NCBI GenBank assembly: GCA_038997165.1
Contig: JAWBAK010000001.1
Coordinates: 1 to 64,000, forward strand
Length of the DNA stretch: 64,000 nucleotides
Origin: Candidatus Aenigmatarchaeota archaeon
GTDB lineage: Archaea; Aenigmatarchaeota; Aenigmatarchaeia; CG10238-14; SpSt-28
Direction of reading: 5' to 3'
Shown here in pieces: positions 9,934-19,664 of this stretch. A model generated the notes under the pieces. It worked only from the letters and a program-made list of their open reading frames with translations. It made no database searches and was not told where the DNA came from. The position numbers and the translations under genes are program-made. Positions within the stretch are counted from its first letter, which is position 1. Each line of letters starts with the position of its first letter.

Positions 9934-10288
9934 GAATTTTAAATATTTTATCTCCGTCTTTTACTCCCTCTATTTTATACTCTTTATTTAAAGAGGAAAT
10001 TTTTAATGTATATAAATTTAAAAGATATAAATAAGGATTTCTTTCTAACGATATCGAATGAATCAACTCTCTTTCAATTTTTGTTATTTTTTTATTAACT
10101 ATTCCCTCAAAGATATAAATTTCATTATTTTTTCCAATTTCAATATAATGAGTCGAAATATAAATTTCTATTGCAATAATTACAAAAAAAAGTAACAAAA
10201 GAGAAATTATAGCTGGAAATATAATTAAAAAAATAAAACATAATATGTAAATCGGTAAATAGTATAATCGAGATCTTTTAACCTTCAT
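9899..10288 (-). CDS. membrane protein with bacterial PH-like domain
   Basis: Two N-terminal TM segments, then Y.I..EGI...I.SI. Confidence 0.6.
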   Translation of the reverse strand: MKVKRSRLYYLPIYILCFIFLIIFPAIISLLLLFFVIIAIEIYISTHYIEIGKNNEIYIFEGIVNKKITKIERELIHSISLERNPYLYLLNLYTLKISSLNKEYKIEGVKDGDKIFKILTKSSKTQERF

Positions 10289-10311
10289 AAAATTTAAATT
10301 CTCTTATTATT

Positions 10312-10902
10312 ATGAATGAAGAAATAAAAGATAATCATTTGAATTTGTATTACGAAGCAATAAATAATTTAAGAATCGCTTTGCCTCGATTTTCTATATT
10401 TCTTTTTTTACTAATTTTTCTTTGGATAATATACCCATTTTTAATAGATTTAGGTAATAATATCTTTTTGGAGTTAAAAGATACAAAAATAGAACTAAAA
10501 AATTTGATTAATATTATAATAATTACTTATTTAGTTGTTTTGATATTATTTACATATAGAGAAATAATGCTAGTAGGAAGTGCCATTTCAAAATTAATTG
10601 TATTTTATTCTTCGAATCCCCAAGAAGATATTTCAAGAATTGAAAATAGAATTAAAAAATTTGAAAATATTTTAAGCTTAATATTTGCTAATTTAGTCTC
10701 ATTTTTAATTTATTTTATTTTTAAAGATTTTCTAGTAAGTATAAGTCAATTGCTAGCAGCAACAATATTAATTATTCTTGTAATTTCCCTTTTAGTTTTA
10801 TTTCTATTTCTTTCGTTTTCTTTAAGTTCTGAATTAGAATTAAAACTTCAAAACCCCCTAAAACAAATTAAAAAGAAAAATGGAAATAAAAAAAGTAGTT
10901 GA
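10312..10902 (+). CDS. four-TM membrane protein
   Basis: Hydrophobicity pattern. Confidence 0.6.
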   Translation: MNEEIKDNHLNLYYEAINNLRIALPRFSIFLFLLIFLWIIYPFLIDLGNNIFLELKDTKIELKNLINIIIITYLVVLILFTYREIMLVGSAISKLIVFYSSNPQEDISRIENRIKKFENILSLIFANLVSFLIYFIFKDFLVSISQLLAATILIILVISLLVLFLFLSFSLSSELELKLQNPLKQIKKKNGNKKSS

Positions 10903-11323
10903 AAAAAATTTCGGAAGCAAAATAGATGAAAGAATAGGTTTTGAAATAAGAAACGATAAAATTTATTTCTTTAATAAAGAATTAAAAAACACATATGAAT
11001 TTTTAAGACTTAAAGGTTTAAAAGTCGAAAAACTAGGAATTTATTTTGGAAGATTGAAGAAAAATGAAAAAATTCAATTAAGTATAGAAGGAGCTCAATT
11101 TGTTGGAAAAGATGCTAAAAAAAATTTAATAAAAATAGATAATTTCGAAAAATTAATAAAATTTTTAAAAGGAGAAGAAAATTTAGAAATATCAAATAAT
11201 GTTGAAAAGCATAATTTTCCTATTATTAAATACAAAGATTATATAATTTGCTCAGCAGCTAGTCTAGAAAATGAAATAAAATCTTTATTTCCAAAAAATC
11301 CAAGAAAAATGTTATTTGAGTAA
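10880..11323 (+). CDS. NIP7/RsmF C-terminal PUA-like ribosome biogenesis protein
   Basis: GIYFGRL...LSIEGAQ.VG..A.KN, ending FPK. Confidence 0.6.
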   Translation: MEIKKVVEKNFGSKIDERIGFEIRNDKIYFFNKELKNTYEFLRLKGLKVEKLGIYFGRLKKNEKIQLSIEGAQFVGKDAKKNLIKIDNFEKLIKFLKGEENLEISNNVEKHNFPIIKYKDYIICSAASLENEIKSLFPKNPRKMLFE

Positions 11324-11479
11324 AAAATGTCCAAAGTAGAATTTGATTAAATATCTAAAAATACACTTAAAACATCAGATTAAGTTCTTTTTCTTGCTTA
11401 TATAATTTGTTTCCTTCAATTAGTTTAAAAATCGTATATAGTTTATATATTCCACGTATTGACTTTGAAGAAATTATCA

Positions 11480-11552
11480 TGCCCCCACGGGGATTCGAAC
11501 CCCGGTCTCCGGCTCGAGAAGCCGGCATCCTTGGCCACTAGACGATGGGGGC
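11480..11552 (-). tRNA. tRNA-Glu(CTC)
   Basis: Acceptor GCCCCCA/TGGGGGC-A; anticodon arm CCGGC-TTCTCGA-GCCGG; T-loop TTCGAAT. Confidence 0.97.
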
Positions 11553-11593
11553 AATAATTAAAAAAATTTAAAAAAGTAAATATTTTGTATTCT

Positions 11594-11668
11594 TTACTTC
11601 TTCTTTTTCTTTGTTTTTTTAGATTTTGCTGTTTTTTTAGCTTTAGATTTTTTTATCTTTTTTACCAT
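11594..11668 (-). CDS. 24-aa lysine-rich peptide MVKKIKKSKAKKTAKSKKTKKKKK
   Basis: Manual translation ATG to TAA; fills the gap between gatD and tRNA-Glu. Confidence 0.5.
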   Translation of the reverse strand: MVKKIKKSKAKKTAKSKKTKKKKK

Positions 11669-11704
11669 AACTAATTTTTTAAAATTTCTTTACTTAAATT
11701 TTTA

Positions 11705-12991
11705 ATGAAAAATATAGAAATAGGGAAAAAAATAAAAATTATTAAAAAAGATTTTGAAATAGAAGGATTCATAATTCCGAAACCAGAATTATATGAAGAA
11801 GATTTTATTTTAGTTAAACTTTATAATGGTTATAATATTGGAATTGAAATAGATGAAAATACGAAGATTATAGAATTAGGAGAAAAAATAAAAGTTGGAG
11901 AGTTTCCAAAAGCTGAAATAATCAAAAATTCAAATTTAAAAAATATTTCGCTAATTCATACTGGAGGTACCATTGCTTCTAAAATAGATTATTCTACGCA
12001 AGCAGTTAGCCCAGCAATTCAACCAGAGGAACTTTTCTATATATTTCCAGAATTAAAAAATATTGCAAATATTGAAAGAACAATTTTACTATTTAATATT
12101 GCAAGCGAAGATATGCTACCAAAAAATTGGATAAAAATAGCTGAAGCAGCATATAAAGAAATTAATGATAAAGAAATTTTTGGTGTAATAATTTCCCATG
12201 GCACAGATACAATGCATTTTACTTCTGCTGCATTAAGTTTTTTTATTCAAAATTTAAACAAACCAATAATTCTAACTGGAGCTCAAAGAAGTAGTGATAG
12301 AGCAAGTAGCGATGCAAAAATGAATTTTATATGTTCTTCTTATGCTGCCATATCTAATATAGCTGAAGTTGGTATTGTAATGCATGCATCTAGTAATGAC
12401 GATTTTTGTTATTTTCATAGAGGTACAAAAGTTAGAAAACTTCATACAACTAGAAGAGATGCTTTTAAAAGTGTTAATGATAAACCTATTGCAAAAATTT
12501 ATTGTGATGGAAAAATTGAAATTATTAATAAAAATTATAAAGAAAGAAATGAGAATAAACCAGAATTAAAAGCATTTTTTGATGAAAGAGTTGCAATACT
12601 AAAATTTTATCCTAATTCGAAACCAGAAATAATAGATATATTAGTTAATAATTTTGATATAAGAGGAATAGTAATAGAAGCTAGCGGTTTAGGTCATGTA
12701 GCAACTAATAATGAAAAATCTTGGATTCCATATATTAAGAAAAACGATAATACATTATTTGCTATTACATCTCAATGTATTTTTGGTAGAGTACATCCAT
12801 ATGTCTATACAAATACTAGAATTTTAAGTAATTTGGAAAATGTTGTATTTTGCGAAGATATGCTAAGTGAAGTTGCATATGTAAAACTTGGTTGGTTATT
12901 GGCTCAAGAAAAAGATTTGAAAAAATTGAAAGAGCTAATGCTAACTAATTTTGCAAATGAAATTAATTATATAAGTTATTATGAAGATTAA
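11705..12991 (+). CDS. gatD: Glu-tRNA(Gln) amidotransferase subunit D
   Basis: KL.NGYNIG, TGGTIAS, HGTDT, GAQRSSDR. Confidence 0.97.
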   Translation: MKNIEIGKKIKIIKKDFEIEGFIIPKPELYEEDFILVKLYNGYNIGIEIDENTKIIELGEKIKVGEFPKAEIIKNSNLKNISLIHTGGTIASKIDYSTQAVSPAIQPEELFYIFPELKNIANIERTILLFNIASEDMLPKNWIKIAEAAYKEINDKEIFGVIISHGTDTMHFTSAALSFFIQNLNKPIILTGAQRSSDRASSDAKMNFICSSYAAISNIAEVGIVMHASSNDDFCYFHRGTKVRKLHTTRRDAFKSVNDKPIAKIYCDGKIEIINKNYKERNENKPELKAFFDERVAILKFYPNSKPEIIDILVNNFDIRGIVIEASGLGHVATNNEKSWIPYIKKNDNTLFAITSQCIFGRVHPYVYTNTRILSNLENVVFCEDMLSEVAYVKLGWLLAQEKDLKKLKELMLTNFANEINYISYYED

Positions 12992-14765
12992 AGCTGGTTT
13001 AGAAATACACATTCAATTAGATACAAAAGAAAAATTATTCTGTAAATGCAAAACTACTATGAAAGAAGAAATTCCAAAAAAAATTATAAAAAGAAAGTTG
13101 CATCCTGTTGCGGGAGAATTTGGTATAGTTGATTTAGCAGCACAATACGAATATTTAAGAGATAGAGAGTTTTATTACGAATATTTTGAAAACGAAAGTT
13201 GTTTAATAGAATTAGATGAAGAACCTCCAAGAGAAATAAATAAAGAGGCATTAACATATGCTTTGCAGATTGCAATGATGTTAAATTGTAAAATTCCAGA
13301 TAAAATTCAAATAATGAGAAAAACAGTTATCGATGGTTCTAATACTAGCGGATTTCAAAGAACAGCTTTAATTGGTTTCAATGGTTATATTGATGTAGAT
13401 AATAAGAAAATTGAAATAAAAACTGTTTGTTTAGAAGAGGATGCTTGTGCAATAGATAAAGAAGAAAATGGTAAAGTTTATTATAAATTAAATAGATTAG
13501 GAATTCCTTTGGTAGAAATTTCTACTGGTATTTTTGAAGTTGAAAACTTTAAAGAAATAGAAGAAGTTGCTTTTAATATTGGTTGGTTAGTAAAAACAAT
13601 AAAAAAAATTAAAAGAGGAATTGGTAGTATAAGACAAGATGTTAATATTTCGATTAATTCAACAAGAATCGAACTAAAAGGAATTCAAAGATTAGAAGAT
13701 ATTTCAAAAGTTGTTAACTATGAAGTAAGAAGATTATTAGATTTAGAAAAGCTAATGAAAGAATTTAAGAATAGAGAAGTAAAAATTAGCGATATTTTGA
13801 TTTTAACTGATAAATTTAAAAATTCCAAATCAAAATTAATAGAAAAATTTTTGAAAGAAGGTAATGAAATATATGGATTAATCTTATATAATTTTAAAGA
13901 TTTTATTAATTTTAAAATAGCTGATAGAACTCTAGCCAAAGAAATTGCCGATTATTTAAAAGCATTCAATTCAGGAATTATTCATAGCGAAGAAAATTTA
14001 GAAAAATATAATTTAAAAGAAGATTTTGAAAAAATAAAAGAAGAGCTAAAAATTGGTAATGAAGATGTACTAGCAATTTTTGCTTCAAAAAATGATATAC
14101 CAATTAAATTTATAAAACAAAAAATTGAAAAACTTATAAATGGTATTTTAGAAAACGAAACAAGAAAAGCCAATAGCGATCTTTCTACAAGTTTTTTAAG
14201 ACCTTTACCTGGAAGTGCAAGAATGTATCCAGAAACTGATTTACCATTAATAAGTATATCTCGAGATTTTTTAGAACAAATAAAATTTTCCTCAACTCCT
14301 CTAAATATAATCATAAATCAGCTATCTCAAAAGTATAATATAGATAAAAATGTTTTGAAAGAAATTGCAAGAAAAGATTTATTAGGTTTTTGCCAAGAAA
14401 TTCTAGATAGAAATAAGAATTTAAATCCAAACTTTATTTTTCAAATTTTTTTAAATTTCGAAAAATATAATTTAGACAAAGAAATTGTTGAAAAAAAGAA
14501 AAGCGATTTTCATTTAATGTTTAAATACTTAGAAGAAAGAAAAATTTCTAAAGCAGCTTTAGATGATATTTTAAAAGAAATAAAAGAAAAAAATTTAGAA
14601 GAAATAATTAAAGAAAAAGATTTGATAGCATTTAATAAAGATGAACTAAAAAGAATTTTAGAAAAAATGAATATTAAAGATAAAAAAGATTTAAGAAAAT
14701 TGTTTGAAGATGAAAAAATTAAAAAGAAAATAATTTTTGAAATGATTGATGAACTTTTAGGCTAA
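12981..14765 (+). CDS. gatE: Glu-tRNA(Gln) amidotransferase subunit E
   Basis: GLEIH.QL, RKTVIDGSNTSGFQRT, RPLPGSARMYPETD. Confidence 0.97.
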   Translation: MKIKAGLEIHIQLDTKEKLFCKCKTTMKEEIPKKIIKRKLHPVAGEFGIVDLAAQYEYLRDREFYYEYFENESCLIELDEEPPREINKEALTYALQIAMMLNCKIPDKIQIMRKTVIDGSNTSGFQRTALIGFNGYIDVDNKKIEIKTVCLEEDACAIDKEENGKVYYKLNRLGIPLVEISTGIFEVENFKEIEEVAFNIGWLVKTIKKIKRGIGSIRQDVNISINSTRIELKGIQRLEDISKVVNYEVRRLLDLEKLMKEFKNREVKISDILILTDKFKNSKSKLIEKFLKEGNEIYGLILYNFKDFINFKIADRTLAKEIADYLKAFNSGIIHSEENLEKYNLKEDFEKIKEELKIGNEDVLAIFASKNDIPIKFIKQKIEKLINGILENETRKANSDLSTSFLRPLPGSARMYPETDLPLISISRDFLEQIKFSSTPLNIIINQLSQKYNIDKNVLKEIARKDLLGFCQEILDRNKNLNPNFIFQIFLNFEKYNLDKEIVEKKKSDFHLMFKYLEERKISKAALDDILKEIKEKNLEEIIKEKDLIAFNKDELKRILEKMNIKDKKDLRKLFEDEKIKKKIIFEMIDELLG

Positions 14766-14767
14766 AA

Positions 14768-15202
14768 TTATTTTCTTAAGCTAATAGATTCTTGAAATAG
14801 TTTATACATATTTAAAAAAACACTTCTATTAAATTCTTCATATAGCTTTTCTAAATCGTTAAAATTATCTGCATAAGTTATGTTTTTCATAATTTTTTTA
14901 ATACTATTTTGAACTTCACTAGCTAAAGCATAATTAATAGAATTATATCTATTACTCATAGCCAGAATTCTATCTAATAAATCTAGCAATAAAGTTTTTA
15001 TTCCAACAAAATGTTTTTTGTTTTCTATTTCGCTTAGCAATTCCTTTCTAATTTTTTTTATATTTTCCTCTATTTCTTTTATAGGAAATTTTAATAGAAC
15101 ATTATCACCAAAACCTTTTAAAAATCTTTTTGAATCAAGAACTTCCCTAATTACTATACAATATGCTATTGGCTCTAAATCACCAATATTTATATTTACC
15201 AT
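14768..15202 (-). CDS. hypothetical protein
   Basis: 144-aa ORF filling the gap, typical composition. Confidence 0.65.
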   Translation of the reverse strand: MVNINIGDLEPIAYCIVIREVLDSKRFLKGFGDNVLLKFPIKEIEENIKKIRKELLSEIENKKHFVGIKTLLLDLLDRILAMSNRYNSINYALASEVQNSIKKIMKNITYADNFNDLEKLYEEFNRSVFLNMYKLFQESISLRK

Positions 15203-15244
15203 AATTAAGTTTAAAGAATAAAATAATTAAAAAATTCTAAACTT

Positions 15245-15979
15245 ATGGAAATAGAAAAAAATATTGAAATTATAGACGGATATCCTGCTCTTTACTTAAA
15301 GGATATTGATTTATTAGTAATAAGCGATTTACAAATTGGTTTCGAAGTTCATTTAGCTCAAAAAGGAATTTTAGTTCCACAATTTCAATTTGAAGAAATT
15401 TTGAATGACATTAAAAAAATCAAAGTAATTTCTAGAGCTAAAAGAATTTTAATTAATGGAGATCTTAAGCATGAATTTAAAGAAGTTACAAAGCAAGAGT
15501 GGAGAGAAACTATAGAATTTTTGAAATTTTGCAAAGAAAATTTTAAGGAAGTTATTATAATTAGGGGAAATCACGATAATTATTTATTAAATATTTTAAA
15601 AGAATTTGAAATAACTTTTTACGATCCTTATTATTTAGAAAAAGATTATTGTTTTTTACATGGACATAAAAAGATTGAGCTACCAGATTGTAAATATCTA
15701 ATTATTGGTCATGAACAGCCTGCAATTGTTTTAAGAAATGAATTCGAAAAAGTTAAATTAAAAGCTTTTTTATTTGGAAAATATAAAAATATAAAATTAA
15801 TTGTTCTGCCATCTTTTTCTTCTATTTCTTTTGGTTCAGAAATTAATAATTATTTAGCTAAAGATTTTCTAAGTCCATACTTAAAGGAATGTGAAATAGA
15901 TGATTTTGAAGTTTATGCTATAGATAAAACGGTTGGAACTCTAAAGCTAGGAAAATTAAAAAATTTACGATATTTTTAA
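15245..15979 (+). CDS. calcineurin-like metallophosphoesterase (COG1407-like)
   Basis: SDLQIG.E, NGDLKH, RGNHD, HGH, GHE.P. Confidence 0.9.
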   Translation: MEIEKNIEIIDGYPALYLKDIDLLVISDLQIGFEVHLAQKGILVPQFQFEEILNDIKKIKVISRAKRILINGDLKHEFKEVTKQEWRETIEFLKFCKENFKEVIIIRGNHDNYLLNILKEFEITFYDPYYLEKDYCFLHGHKKIELPDCKYLIIGHEQPAIVLRNEFEKVKLKAFLFGKYKNIKLIVLPSFSSISFGSEINNYLAKDFLSPYLKECEIDDFEVYAIDKTVGTLKLGKLKNLRYF

Positions 15980-16182
15980 ATTAACTTTTTTAAAAATTCT
16001 TTAAATTTTTCATCGCTTAATTGATCCTTTATTCTTCCCGCTAAAAATAATTTTATTAAAATTTCCTCTACTTTTTCTGCAAATTCTGGTTTAGCTAATC
16101 TTATTCTAGCTAACCTTTCTCTTGCCTCGATACTTAAAATTTTTCTTAAAATTTCTCTTTTTTGCTCTTCAGTTAATTTCAT
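15976..16182 (-). CDS. PDCD5-like dsDNA-binding protein
   Basis: ILS.EARERL.RIRL.KPE.A..VE. Confidence 0.9.
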   Translation of the reverse strand: MKLTEEQKREILRKILSIEARERLARIRLAKPEFAEKVEEILIKLFLAGRIKDQLSDEKFKEFLKKLI

Positions 16183-16222
16183 AAAAATAGAAAAATATAA
16201 ATTAAATATTTACTCAAATAAT

Positions 16223-17149
16223 ATGGAAAATGTTTGGGATGTAGTAATAATAGGTGCAGGTCCTGCTGGCTTAACTGCAGCAATATATTCTTGCAGAAAA
16301 TTGTTAAAAACTTTAGTAATTTCTTTAGATATTGGTGGATTAATAAATTTAACAGAAGATATGGAAAATTATCCTGGATATTATCCAGAAAAAAGTGGCT
16401 CAAAATTAGCTCAAATTATGTATCAACAAGCATTAAATTTTGGTGCAAAATTTGAAATAGGAGAAGTTATAAAAATTGAAAAAGATAAAGAGTTATTTAA
16501 AGTTATTCTGAGTGATGGAAGAATTTTCCTAGCAAAGGCTATTATTGTTGCTTGTGGAAGCAAGCCAAGAAAATTAAATGTACCGAACGAAGATAAATTA
16601 ATTGGAAGAGGTGTTAGTTATTGTGCAACATGCGATGCTCCTCTCTTTAGAAATAAAATTGTTGCTGTTGTGGGTGGTGGAAATAGTGCATTGGAAGCTG
16701 CACTACTTTTAGCTAATTATGCATCAAAAATATATTTGATACATAGAAGAGATTCTTTTAGAGCAGATGAAATTACAGTTAAAAAAGTTAAAGAAAATTC
16801 TAAAATTGAATTAGTTTTAAATAGTATTGTAACAGAAATTATTGGAGAAAAAAAAGTTGAAAAAATAAAAATCAAAAATTTAATTACAAACGAAGAAAAA
16901 TTTTTAGATGTAAATGGGATTTTTATAGAAATTGGTTATGAACCTAAAATTGATTTTGTTAAAGATTTAGTTAAAGTTAATGAAAGAAATGAAATAATAG
17001 TTGATTTAGATATGAAAACCAGCTGCGAAGGTATTTTTGCTGCTGGTGATGTTACAAATATTAAACATAAACAAGCAATAATTGCTGCAGGTACAGGCGC
17101 TATTGCAGCTTTAAGTGCTTATGATTATATAATAAAAAAATTTAAATAA
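16223..17149 (+). CDS. trxB: thioredoxin reductase
   Basis: GAGPAG, CATCD, GGGNSA, HRRD, FAAGDV. Confidence 0.96.
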   Translation: MENVWDVVIIGAGPAGLTAAIYSCRKLLKTLVISLDIGGLINLTEDMENYPGYYPEKSGSKLAQIMYQQALNFGAKFEIGEVIKIEKDKELFKVILSDGRIFLAKAIIVACGSKPRKLNVPNEDKLIGRGVSYCATCDAPLFRNKIVAVVGGGNSALEAALLLANYASKIYLIHRRDSFRADEITVKKVKENSKIELVLNSIVTEIIGEKKVEKIKIKNLITNEEKFLDVNGIFIEIGYEPKIDFVKDLVKVNERNEIIVDLDMKTSCEGIFAAGDVTNIKHKQAIIAAGTGAIAALSAYDYIIKKFK

Positions 17150-17154
17150 AAAAG

Positions 17155-17880
17155 TTATATCTTATACAAATTATATAAGTCATTTAATACTTTTTCTACT
17201 CTTTTAAGTATTCCTTCCGAAGAAGATGGACTATTTTTTAAATCTTTAACTAGCTCTTTTATATCAGTAATTAAGCTATTTACTCCTTCTCTAATTTCTT
17301 CACTCATATGACTATACTCTGACTTTTTGCTTCTTAAGAAATTTTGATATTCTTCTAATTTATTTTTAAGAAAATCTAAATGATTTATATAATTACTTTT
17401 TTCCTTGTTTTTCTTAAATAATTCTCTTAAATAATATGCTACTATTAACGAAGGGAAAAAAGTAGTTAATAAAAATGCGGCGTTTCCTATTAAATTATCG
17501 TAATTTTCAGATATGAGCGAGTTTAACCTTTCTATATAACCCATATAAAATTGTAGTGTTGGGAAACCTATTATTTTTAATAATTCTAACCAACATTTAG
17601 AATTATTTTCTATTAATTCTCTTAGTTTTGTTGAATTATTTATATAACTTTCTACATCACCCTCTTCTTCATTTTTTTGCAACTCTCTAAATAAAAATAT
17701 AAATTCGAATATTTTATCTTCACAATCTTTCCAATCTTTCTTCAAAAAAAGCTTCTCTATTTCATTACTTTTATTACTTTTAATATTATTTATCATTTTT
17801 CTTACATTTTCTAACATTTCTACCCTTTCTAAAATATCTATATCTTCTAGTTTATTTTCTAAATCATTAAATTTCTCCAT
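17155..17880 (-). CDS. hypothetical helical protein
   Basis: 241-aa ORF with one hydrophobic stretch; downstream of tRNA-Arg. Confidence 0.6.
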   Translation of the reverse strand: MEKFNDLENKLEDIDILERVEMLENVRKMINNIKSNKSNEIEKLFLKKDWKDCEDKIFEFIFLFRELQKNEEEGDVESYINNSTKLRELIENNSKCWLELLKIIGFPTLQFYMGYIERLNSLISENYDNLIGNAAFLLTTFFPSLIVAYYLRELFKKNKEKSNYINHLDFLKNKLEEYQNFLRSKKSEYSHMSEEIREGVNSLITDIKELVKDLKNSPSSSEGILKRVEKVLNDLYNLYKI

Positions 17881-17996
17881 TTAATATAAAATAATAAAAA
17901 ATTTATAAATTTACTACTAAATAAAGAACAATATTATTAAATTTATACTTCTTTAATCAAAAAACTCATTTAAAAAATATAAAAATAAGTATAACT

Positions 17997-18071
17997 TGCC
18001 CCTGCCGGGATTTGAACCCGGGACCTCCTGCTTAGGAGGCAGGCGCTCTATCCATGCTGAGCTACAGGGGC
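17997..18071 (-). tRNA. tRNA-Arg(CCT)
   Basis: Acceptor GCCCCTG/CAGGGGC-A; D-loop has A20; anticodon arm CCTGC-CTCCTAA-GCAGG. Confidence 0.93.
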
Positions 18072-18105
18072 AATAATTAAAAATTAAAAATATAACAAAT
18101 CTTAT

Positions 18106-19626
18106 TCAAAGAGTTTCTTTAGTTAGAATATCTACAGCTTCACTTTCATTTTTTCTTTTTAGCATTGGCCAATAAATTATTTCCTTAATGCTATATAATT
18201 CTAATAAAATCATTAGAACTCTTTCTATACCTAAACCAGCTCCTCCAGTAGGTGGCATACCAGCCATCATAGCTTCAACAAAGATTTTATCATATTCATG
18301 TGCTTCTTCAAATCCAAGCTCTCTCATTTTAGCTTGCTCATAAAATAGTTTGTTTTGAATTATAGGATTATTTAGCTCGCTATAAACATTTGATATTTCC
18401 ATTCCAAAAATATATCCCTCCGCTCTTTCTACAAAGTTAGGATTATCTTTCAATGGTTTACAAAGTGGGGTAGTTTCTATTGGATAATCTAAAACGAAAG
18501 TTGGTTCTATTAGATTTTTTTCTACAGAATTTTCAAAAATTTCTTCTATAGCTAAACCTCTATTATATTCTTTAACTTTTAGCTGTATGTTATTCTTTTC
18601 CAAAAATTCTTTTATTTTTTCATCGCTAGCACTTTCTACATCTATTCCAGCATATTGAGCAATTAAATCAACCATCTTTTCTCTTTTCCATGGTGGTTTT
18701 AAATCTATTTCGTATTCCTTATTACCTATTTTTCTTTTAATCGTAGTTTTTCCTAAAATTTCTTTAGCAGCCAAATATATCATTTCTTCTATTTCTTTTA
18801 ATTTACTTTCTCTATCTGCATAAGCTTCATACCACTCAAATCCAGTAAATTCTGGGTTATGCGTTACATCTATACTTTCATTTCTAAAATTTTTTGTAAT
18901 CGCAAAAACTTTATCAAAGCCAGATATTATCAAAATTTTTAAATAAATTTCAGGACTTATACTTAAAAACCAATTTTCCTTTAAATCGTTTACATAAGTA
19001 ATAAAAGGTTTTGCATATGCTCCTCCATATATAGGTTGAATTAGTGGTATTTCGGTTGAAAAATCTAAATAACCTCTATTTATTAAATAATTTCTAAAAG
19101 CTTGAATTACTTTAACTTTTATTTCAAAATTTCTTCTTACATTTTCATTTAATATAACATCTATATGTCTTTTTCTATATCTTTCTTCTACATCTTCTAA
19201 TCCAAACCATTTATCAGGAAAAGTAAAGAATGCTTTTGCTAAAATTTTTATTTCATCACAAAATATAGTTAACTCTCCTTTTATAGTTTTTCCTACACTT
19301 CCTTCACAACCAACTATATCACCTCTTTGAATATATTCTTTTGCATAATTAAAATTTTTTGTCTTATCTTTGCTAACAGCTAATTGAATTTTATATCCAT
19401 TGCTATATAGATCATAAAAAATTAAGCTTCCATGTCTTCTTATTGTTAAAATTCTTCCAGCAACTTTTACTTTTTTATTAAAAAATTTTTCTTGATTTTT
19501 TATTATTTCTTCTATTGAATTTGAAATTTCGAATTTTGTTAGAAGAAAAGGATCTTCAAATTTTTCCTTTAATTCTTTATAAATTTTTAACCTGTTTAAA
19601 ATATCTTCTTTTAACCCATATGACAT
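18106..19626 (-). CDS. lysS: lysyl-tRNA synthetase, class II
   Basis: OB-fold VAGRI, GGA.AKPF.T, FRNE.ID.THNPEFT, GMPPTGG.GLGIER; start moved to MSYGLKE. Confidence 0.95.
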   Translation of the reverse strand: MSYGLKEDILNRLKIYKELKEKFEDPFLLTKFEISNSIEEIIKNQEKFFNKKVKVAGRILTIRRHGSLIFYDLYSNGYKIQLAVSKDKTKNFNYAKEYIQRGDIVGCEGSVGKTIKGELTIFCDEIKILAKAFFTFPDKWFGLEDVEERYRKRHIDVILNENVRRNFEIKVKVIQAFRNYLINRGYLDFSTEIPLIQPIYGGAYAKPFITYVNDLKENWFLSISPEIYLKILIISGFDKVFAITKNFRNESIDVTHNPEFTGFEWYEAYADRESKLKEIEEMIYLAAKEILGKTTIKRKIGNKEYEIDLKPPWKREKMVDLIAQYAGIDVESASDEKIKEFLEKNNIQLKVKEYNRGLAIEEIFENSVEKNLIEPTFVLDYPIETTPLCKPLKDNPNFVERAEGYIFGMEISNVYSELNNPIIQNKLFYEQAKMRELGFEEAHEYDKIFVEAMMAGMPPTGGAGLGIERVLMILLELYSIKEIIYWPMLKRKNESEAVDILTKETL

Positions 19627-19664
19627 AAAATTATTTATTATAATTCTTAATTTAAATTTAATTT

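Noticed and set aside
11370..11480. C/D box sRNA downstream of tRNA-Glu (ATGATAA...CTGA)
   Set aside because: The C box is imperfect, the span is ~100 nt, no D'/C' is clear, and the homologous Thr flank lacks the box
17997..18071. AGG reassignment to Thr, suggested by the Thr-like tRNA(CCT)
   Set aside because: The tRNA has A20, and AGG in PPRSGNY (~40090) aligns with AGA in the paralogous RSGNY/RSGIY repeats, so AGG reads as Arg
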